Source: an uncultured delta proteobacterium
GTDB taxonomy: Bacteria; Desulfobacterota; Binatia; JACPRU01
Direction of reading: 5' to 3'
Assembly (NCBI GenBank): GCA_963745025.1
Contig: CAVUWD010000011.1
Span: 320,001-384,000, forward strand
DNA: 64,000 nt
Position 1 is the first letter of the stretch; each line of letters starts with the position of its first letter. Shown here in pieces: positions 58,445-64,000 of the stretch. The position numbers were made by a program, and so were the translations under genes. The notes under the pieces are model-generated. The model saw nothing but the letters and a program-made list of their open reading frames with translations. It searched no databases and was not told where the DNA came from.

Positions 58445-59032
58445 TCAGCGCGCGCCGAGGCCGAACCGCGCCTTCACGTTCGCGCGGGAGTTTCGGAGAA
58501 TCGCCTCTGCCCGCTCGTCGGAGACAGTCCGCGACAGGGCGAGAGCGCCCGCCATCTCGGCGATCGCCGACCAGGCGAGCGCCTCGGCGTCTCTCGCACC
58601 GACCTTCTTGGCGAGCTTCGCAAGACTCGAGACGGAGCGCTCGAGGCCGTCGGCGAAGCGCTCGCGGGCGCGGTCGGACAAGTTCGGCAGATCGCCCGAC
58701 ACGATCGCGACCGGGCAGCCGGCCGCGCGGTCGAGACGATGCGACGGCGCGAGATAGGTATCGACCCACCTCGCGATAGCCTCCGCGGGCTCGCGGCCCT
58801 CCGTGACGCTCAGGAACCGGCCATACACGGCGTCGAACATGTGCGTGATCGCCTGCGCGATCAGGTCGTCCTTCGATTCGAAGTGCGCGTAGAACCCGCC
58901 GTGCGTGAGCCCGGCGGCGGCCATGACATCGGCGACGCTGACGCGCTCGGCGCCCTTGGTCCGGATCGCCGCGGCGGCTTCACCGAGCACGCGGAGCCGG
59001 GTCCGCTCTTTGTGATTCTCGCCGTAGCGCAT
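58445..59032 (-). CDS. TetR family regulator
   Basis: MRYGENHKERTR...SVADVMAAAGLTHGGFYAHFESKDDL, GCP. Confidence 0.93.
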   Translation of the reverse strand: MRYGENHKERTRLRVLGEAAAAIRTKGAERVSVADVMAAAGLTHGGFYAHFESKDDLIAQAITHMFDAVYGRFLSVTEGREPAEAIARWVDTYLAPSHRLDRAAGCPVAIVSGDLPNLSDRARERFADGLERSVSSLAKLAKKVGARDAEALAWSAIAEMAGALALSRTVSDERAEAILRNSRANVKARFGLGAR

Positions 59033-59036
59033 GACT

Positions 59037-59120
59037 CAAGATGCTACTGATAATCTTGTATTTTGTCAATTTGAGCGAATTTCAATCGGACCCTAGTTGT
59101 CTTAAGATGATGAATATCAT
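59037..59120. promoter_or_regulatory. Divergent promoter with two related palindromes (candidate TetR operators)
   Basis: CAAGAT-N10-ATCTTG (59037-59058) and ATGAT-GAAT-ATCAT (59107-59120) in an AT-rich spacer. Confidence 0.6.
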
Positions 59121-59135
59121 ATACAGGATATCGCC

Positions 59136-60607
59136 ATGGATAGTCGCTCGACCGCTGCCGACGTCCCGGTCGCGCCGCGCGCGTGGGCCGGTCTCGCCGT
59201 CGTGGCCGCAGCTGCGTTCGTGGTCAGCCTCGATACGATGGTGCTCTACGTCGCCTTCGGCGACATCCGCCGCGATTTTCCCGACGTAGCGGCCGCCTCG
59301 CTGTCGTGGATCCTCTCCGGGTACACGATCGTCATCGCCGCCGGCATGATCGGCGCCGGGCGATGGGCCGACCGGCTTGGGAGGCGTCGCGTCTTCCTGG
59401 TGGGCATGGCGCTCTTCACCGCCGCTTCGGCGATCTGCGCCGCCGCGCCAGGCGTCGGTCTGCTGGTCGCCGGCCGGGTGCTGCAGGGAATGGGCGCCGC
59501 GGCGCTCACCCCGGCGTCTCTCGCGCTCATACTGCATGCGTTCCCGAGGTCTCGCGTGCCGCAAGCGATCGCGCTCTGGGGCGCCGCCGGCGCGCTCGCT
59601 GCCGCTCTTGGTCCTACGATCGGCGGGCTCTTCGTCGAAGCCTGGGGCTGGCGCTCGGTCTTCGTCGTCAACGTTCCTATCGGCATCGCGACGGCGATCC
59701 TCGGACCACGCCTCCTCGACGAATCGCGCGAGGCGAAAGGCTCGTCGTTTGCCCGATCTCGTCGGCACCGCGGCCGTCACGATCGCCGTCGTCCTCCTCG
59801 CGCTCGGGATCGTTCAGTCCGACGAATGGGGATGGCGGGACCTGCGGACCGTCGGCGCGCTCGCCGGCGGTCTCGCGCTGGTCGGCGCATTCGTCGCGCG
59901 GTGCGCCACCGTGCCGAATCCGGTGTTCGCGCTCGAGCTCTTCTCCGAGCGCGGCTTTCGCTGGGCGAACCTCGCCCAGCTTCTCTACGGCACCGGATTC
60001 ACGATCATGTTCTTCGGAAATGTGCAGTTTCTGGGCGACGTCTGGCGCTACTCGCCGGTTCGAACCGGGCTCGCGATGGCGCCAGGGCCCGCTCGTCGTC
60101 TTCCTGCTCGCGCCCCGCTTCGGCAAGCTCGCCGGGCGGATCGGGCACCGCGCCATCCTGATCCCGGGAGGCCTGGTCTACGCGGCGGCGGCGGTGATGC
60201 TGCTCTCGCGAGCCGGCGCGGCGCCCGACTACCTCGGCGTGTGGTTGCCCGCCGTCCTCTGGGCGGGCGTCGGAGTGGCGATGATCGTGCCGCTCCTCAC
60301 TTCCGCCGCCGTCGCGGGTCTGCCCGCCGACCGCTTCGCGACCGGCTCCGCCGTGAATGCCGCGCTCCGCAACATCGGCCAGACGCTCGGCGTCTCGATC
60401 TTCGTCGCGTTCGTCGGCGGATCGGCGCACGCGAATCTTCTCGCGCATCACCGTCTCGCGTGGTGGCTCGTCGCCGCGGCCGGCATCGGCGTGACGGCGA
60501 TCTCGTGGTGTCTGCCCACGCCGGCCGCGGGGCTCGTGCGATCGCAAGTGGCTGGTCGGTGGACGTCCGCGTCCGCATTCCGCTCGGCGATGCGCGTCGA
60601 CGGGTAA
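59136..60607 (+). CDS. MFS transporter, DHA2/EmrB-QacA family; frameshifts near 59750 and 60090
   Basis: LDTMV, WILSGY, GRWADRLGRRR, GRVLQGMGAA, GPTIGG, WRSVFVVNVPIG. Confidence 0.9.
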
Positions 60608-60621
60608 AGCCGAAGGAGAAG

Positions 60622-61074
60622 ATGATGAGTCACGGCCGCGCGATTTCGGCGGAACCGACGAGCGACCTTCTCTACCTAGATGACCTTCGGGTAGGGCGCT
60701 TGCGTTCCGGGACGCATACCGTTACCGCCGACGAGATCCAGATCTTCGCGTACGAGTTCGACCCTCAGCCGTTTCATCTCAACGAGCGTGCGGCGCGCGA
60801 CAGCGTGTTCGGCGGGCTCGTGGCGAGCGGCTGGCACACGGCGGCGCTCACGATGAAGCTGCTCGTGACGGGCAGGCCGCTGATCGCCGGTGGCATGGTC
60901 GGCCGCGGTGGAGAGCTCGAGCGGCTTCGGCCGACGCGACCGGGCGATGCGCTGCGCGTCGAGAGCGTCGTCACGGCCGTCACCGCGTCCAGTTCCAAGC
61001 CCGACCGGGGCACGGTGACGTTCGACGTTCGGACGCTGAACGACAAAGACGAGGTCGTGCAGGCGGCGAGATGA
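60622..61074 (+). CDS. MaoC family dehydratase
   Basis: LYLDDL, FAYEFDPQPFHL, FGGLVASGWHTA, PTRPGD; RBS AAGGAG. Confidence 0.9.
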   Translation: MMSHGRAISAEPTSDLLYLDDLRVGRLRSGTHTVTADEIQIFAYEFDPQPFHLNERAARDSVFGGLVASGWHTAALTMKLLVTGRPLIAGGMVGRGGELERLRPTRPGDALRVESVVTAVTASSSKPDRGTVTFDVRTLNDKDEVVQAAR

Positions 61075-62605
61075 AGCTCATCGTGCCGAGACGGCCGACG
61101 ACCGTGAGGAGCAGGGCCGCTGCCCGAAACTCGATCGCCCGAACCACCATCGCGGTGCTCGGTATACTTCACGCGCTGACTCTCGCGAGCTGCGCCGTGG
61201 GGCCGGATTATCGTCCCGCCCCGATGGCGGTCGGCGGATTTCACAACGCGTCCGCCGTCGCGGCGAGGAGCGCAGCGGCGCCCTTGCCCCCGCTCGATCG
61301 CTGGTGGACCGGCTTCAGCGATCCGCTGCTGACGAGGATCGTCGAGCGAGCTCTCGAGCAGAATCTGGATCTCGCCGCGGCGCTCGCACGGGTCGATCAG
61401 GCGCGGGCGGCGGCGCGTGGCGCCGGCGCGGCGCTTCTCCCGACCGCGGACGCCACCAGCCAGGCCTTGAAGGCTCGCCTGTCCCTCGAGGGTGTGATCG
61501 GCTCGATCGGCAGGCATCTGCCGGGCTTCGATCGGAACGTCTCGCTCTACGACGTCGGCGTCGGTGCGAGCTGGGAAATCGATCTCTTCGGAGGGCTCCG
61601 ACGTGCCGCGGAAGCGGCGAACGCGGAAGCGGAAGCGGCCGAGGCAGCCGGAGCCGGCAGTCGGATCACGGTCGCGGCCGACGCGGCAGACGCGTACTTC
61701 TTGATCCGGGGCTTCCAGGCGCGCCTCGCGTTCGCTCGCGAGCAGGTCGCGACCGACGAGCGCCTGCTCGAGCTCGTCCGCCTCCGTTTCGCCCGTGACG
61801 TCGCGAGCGATCGCGAGGTCGCGCAGAGCGAGGCGTTGCTCGCGCAGGCGCGGAGCACCGTTCCGCTGCTCCTCTCCGGCCTCGAAGCCAGCTCAACCGG
61901 CTCGACGTTCTGATGGGCGATCAGCCGGGTACTCACGCGGCCGAGCTCGCGCGCGAGGCTGCGATCCCGGCGATCCCGACGATTCCTCACGGTGACGAAC
62001 CGGTCGACGTTCTGCGGCGCCGGCCGGACGTGATCGCCGCGGAGCGGCGGCTTGCGGCGTCCAACGCCAGAATCGGCGCCGCGCTCGGCGAATACTATCC
62101 GAAGCTCTCGATCGCCGGTCTCCTCGGCTTCGAAAGTACCGACGTCGATCACCTCTTCCGGTCGGCGACGTTTCAGCCGCAAGGCATCGCGGGGCTCCGT
62201 TGGCGGCTCTTCGACTTCGGCAAGATCGACGCCGAGGTCCGCGGAGCGCGCGGAGCCGAGGCCGAAGCACTGGCCGGCTTTCGACAGTCGATCCTCCGCG
62301 CGGCCGAAGACGTCGAGAACGCGTTCATGGCGCTCGTTCAATCCGAGGCCCGAACGCGCGAGCTCGTGAACGAGGTGGCAGCTCTCGGGCGAGCGCGCGA
62401 CACCGCGGAAGCCGCGTATCGAGGAGGAATCATCACCCTGACGGACGTCCTGGACGCGGACCGTCTCCTCCTTGTCGCTCAGGACGAGCTGGCGAAGACT
62501 CGCGCCGACACGGCGAGAGCCGCGGTCGCGTCGTTCCGGGCCCTCGGCGGCGGGTGGTCGGGATCGGCAGGCGTCGCGGCTGCCGCCGCGAAGGTTCACG
62601 TATGA
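61071..62605 (+). CDS. NodT/TolC-family outer membrane efflux lipoprotein; frameshift near 61895
   Basis: LASCAVGPDY lipobox, WWTGFSDPLL, SWEIDLFG, LRRRPDVIAAERRL, RALGGGW. Confidence 0.92.
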
Positions 62606-62655
62606 AGGTTTCATTCACGACACACGTCGCCGTTTCACGGCGCACGGAGGTCCCG

Positions 62656-63780
62656 ATGCTTCAGCGCCGTCATGCCTCGTTCTTCACCATCGTCGGTCTG
62701 CTGCCCTTCGCCTTGGCCGCATGCACGCACGCCGATTCTTCGAGACGATCCGCGGACGCAGAGTCCCCTCGTACGGGTCGCGACGGTCGAGGCCGCAGTC
62801 CAGACGGACCGTTCGTTCACGGGAATCGTCGCGGCGCGGGTGCAAAGCGACCTCGGCTTCCGCGTGTCGGGAAAGGTCCTGGAGCGTCTGGTCGATAACG
62901 GGCAGGCCGTCAAGAACGGCCAGCCGCTCATGCGGATCGATCCCGCAGATTTGAGACTCGCCGCGCGCGCACACGAGGAGGCGGTTGCCGCGGCCACGGC
63001 GCGCGCACGCCAGACGGCGGATGATGAGGCACGCTACCGCGGTCTCGTCTCCGCAGGAGCGGTGTCCCGATCGGCCTACGACCAGAGTCAAGGCCGCCGC
63101 CGAGTCGGCCAGAGCGGAGCTCAACGCTGCCAAGGCCCGCGCCGATGTCGCCCGAAACGAAACGAGCTACGCCGTGCTGCTCGCCGATGCCGACGGCGTG
63201 GTGGTCGAGACGCTGGCCGAGCCGGGGCAGGTCGTCGCCGCGGGCCAAGTCGTCATCCGCGTGGCGCATGCAGGGCAACGAGAAGCGGTCATCGATCTTC
63301 CCGAAACACTGCGCCCGGCGATCGGATCGACCGGCCGGGCGACGTTGTATGGGACCAATCTGACGGGCCCTGCGACGCTTCGCCAGTTGTCGGACGCCGC
63401 GAATCGTCAGTCGCGGACGTTCGAGGCACGGTATGTACTGGAGGACGGTCTGGCAGACGCGCCGCTCGGCTCGACCGTCTCGATCCAAATCGCGGCCGGC
63501 GGGTTCCGCGCGGACTCTCGAGCTCCCGATCGGCGCGATCTTCGATGCGGGCAAGGGTCCCGGTGTATGGCGTGTCGAAGGCGAAACGCCTCGGGTCAGT
63601 TGGCGTGCCGTCGAAGTCGCCGCACTCGGCGACGAAACGGCCGCGGTCGTTGGACCGCTCGAACCGGGGGATCGTATCGTCGCGCTCGGCGCGCATCTGC
63701 TGCACGAAGGCGAATCCGTGCGACTCGCTGACGGTGTCGTCGCGCAACAAGCAGAGATCGGCGGCCGGGGGCGGCCATGA
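62656..63780 (+). CDS. RND efflux periplasmic adaptor subunit; several frameshifts
   Basis: LAAC lipobox, ARVQSDLGFRVSGKV, LLADADGVV...EPGQVV, RTFEARY, VALGAHLLHEG. Confidence 0.88.
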
Positions 63781-64000
63781 GCGACTTCAATCTCTCCGCG
63801 CTCGCCGTACGCGAGCGCTCGGTCACGCTGTTCCTGCTCGTAGCGATCGCCCTCGCCGGAGTCGTCGCCTTCCTGACGCTCGGGCGCGCGGAAGATCCCT
63901 CGTTCACCATCAAGCAAATGACGGTGGTGACGGTTTGGCCCGGAGCCACGGCGAAGGAGATGGAAGAGCAAGTCGCCGAAAAGTTGGAGAAGCGGATGCA
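63777..64000 (+). CDS. RND efflux permease (AcrB family), 5' part
   Basis: MSDFNLSALAVRERSVTLF...LGRAEDPSFTIK...WPGATAKEMEEQV. Confidence 0.92.
   Translation, partial: MSDFNLSALAVRERSVTLFLLVAIALAGVVAFLTLGRAEDPSFTIKQMTVVTVWPGATAKEMEEQVAEKLEKRM

Noticed and set aside
1-64000. CRISPR array, rRNA, IS transposases, and the many long Arg/Ala/Pro-rich alternative-frame ORFs
   Set aside because: No regularly spaced repeats, rRNA or transposase motifs were seen. The shadow ORFs overlap well-supported genes and reflect stop-codon scarcity at high GC.

Overview
A GC-rich bacterial window. The gene content resembles Candidatus Binatia / deltaproteobacterial soil genomes, but this is an unverified inference. 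About 15 single-base frameshifts look like long-read indel errors. From left to right: (1) the start of an acetone-carboxylase-like operon (acxA-acxB, minus strand). (2) An unusual tailoring/biosynthetic cluster present as two diverged tandem copies (~4.1-9.6 kb and ~13.6-22.3 kb) that have lost complementary genes. Together they encode an HPr-kinase-like P-loop kinase, an APH-type kinase, a GT1 glycosyltransferase, a stand-alone adenylation enzyme lacking the amino-binding Asp, a carrier protein, a Rieske oxygenase, a nucleotidyltransferase, an SDR and a HemN-like radical SAM enzyme. Two GT-C-like membrane proteins sit between the copies. (3) A mixed catabolic/accessory stretch with many small gene relics and a ~340-nt intergenic region (26.6-27.0 kb) that folds into a large multibranch RNA with strand-consistent G-U pairs. 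(4) A TetR-controlled acetophenone-carboxylase-like operon (four core subunits, no epsilon subunit) with a CoA ligase and a thiolase. (5) A tyrosine integrase/excisionase module abutting a tRNA-Leu-like 3' fragment, followed by hicBA. (6) A TetR-MFS-MaoC-RND efflux operon running off the right end. No CRISPR array, rRNA or intact tRNA was seen. All family calls are from motif recognition by eye; no searches were run.
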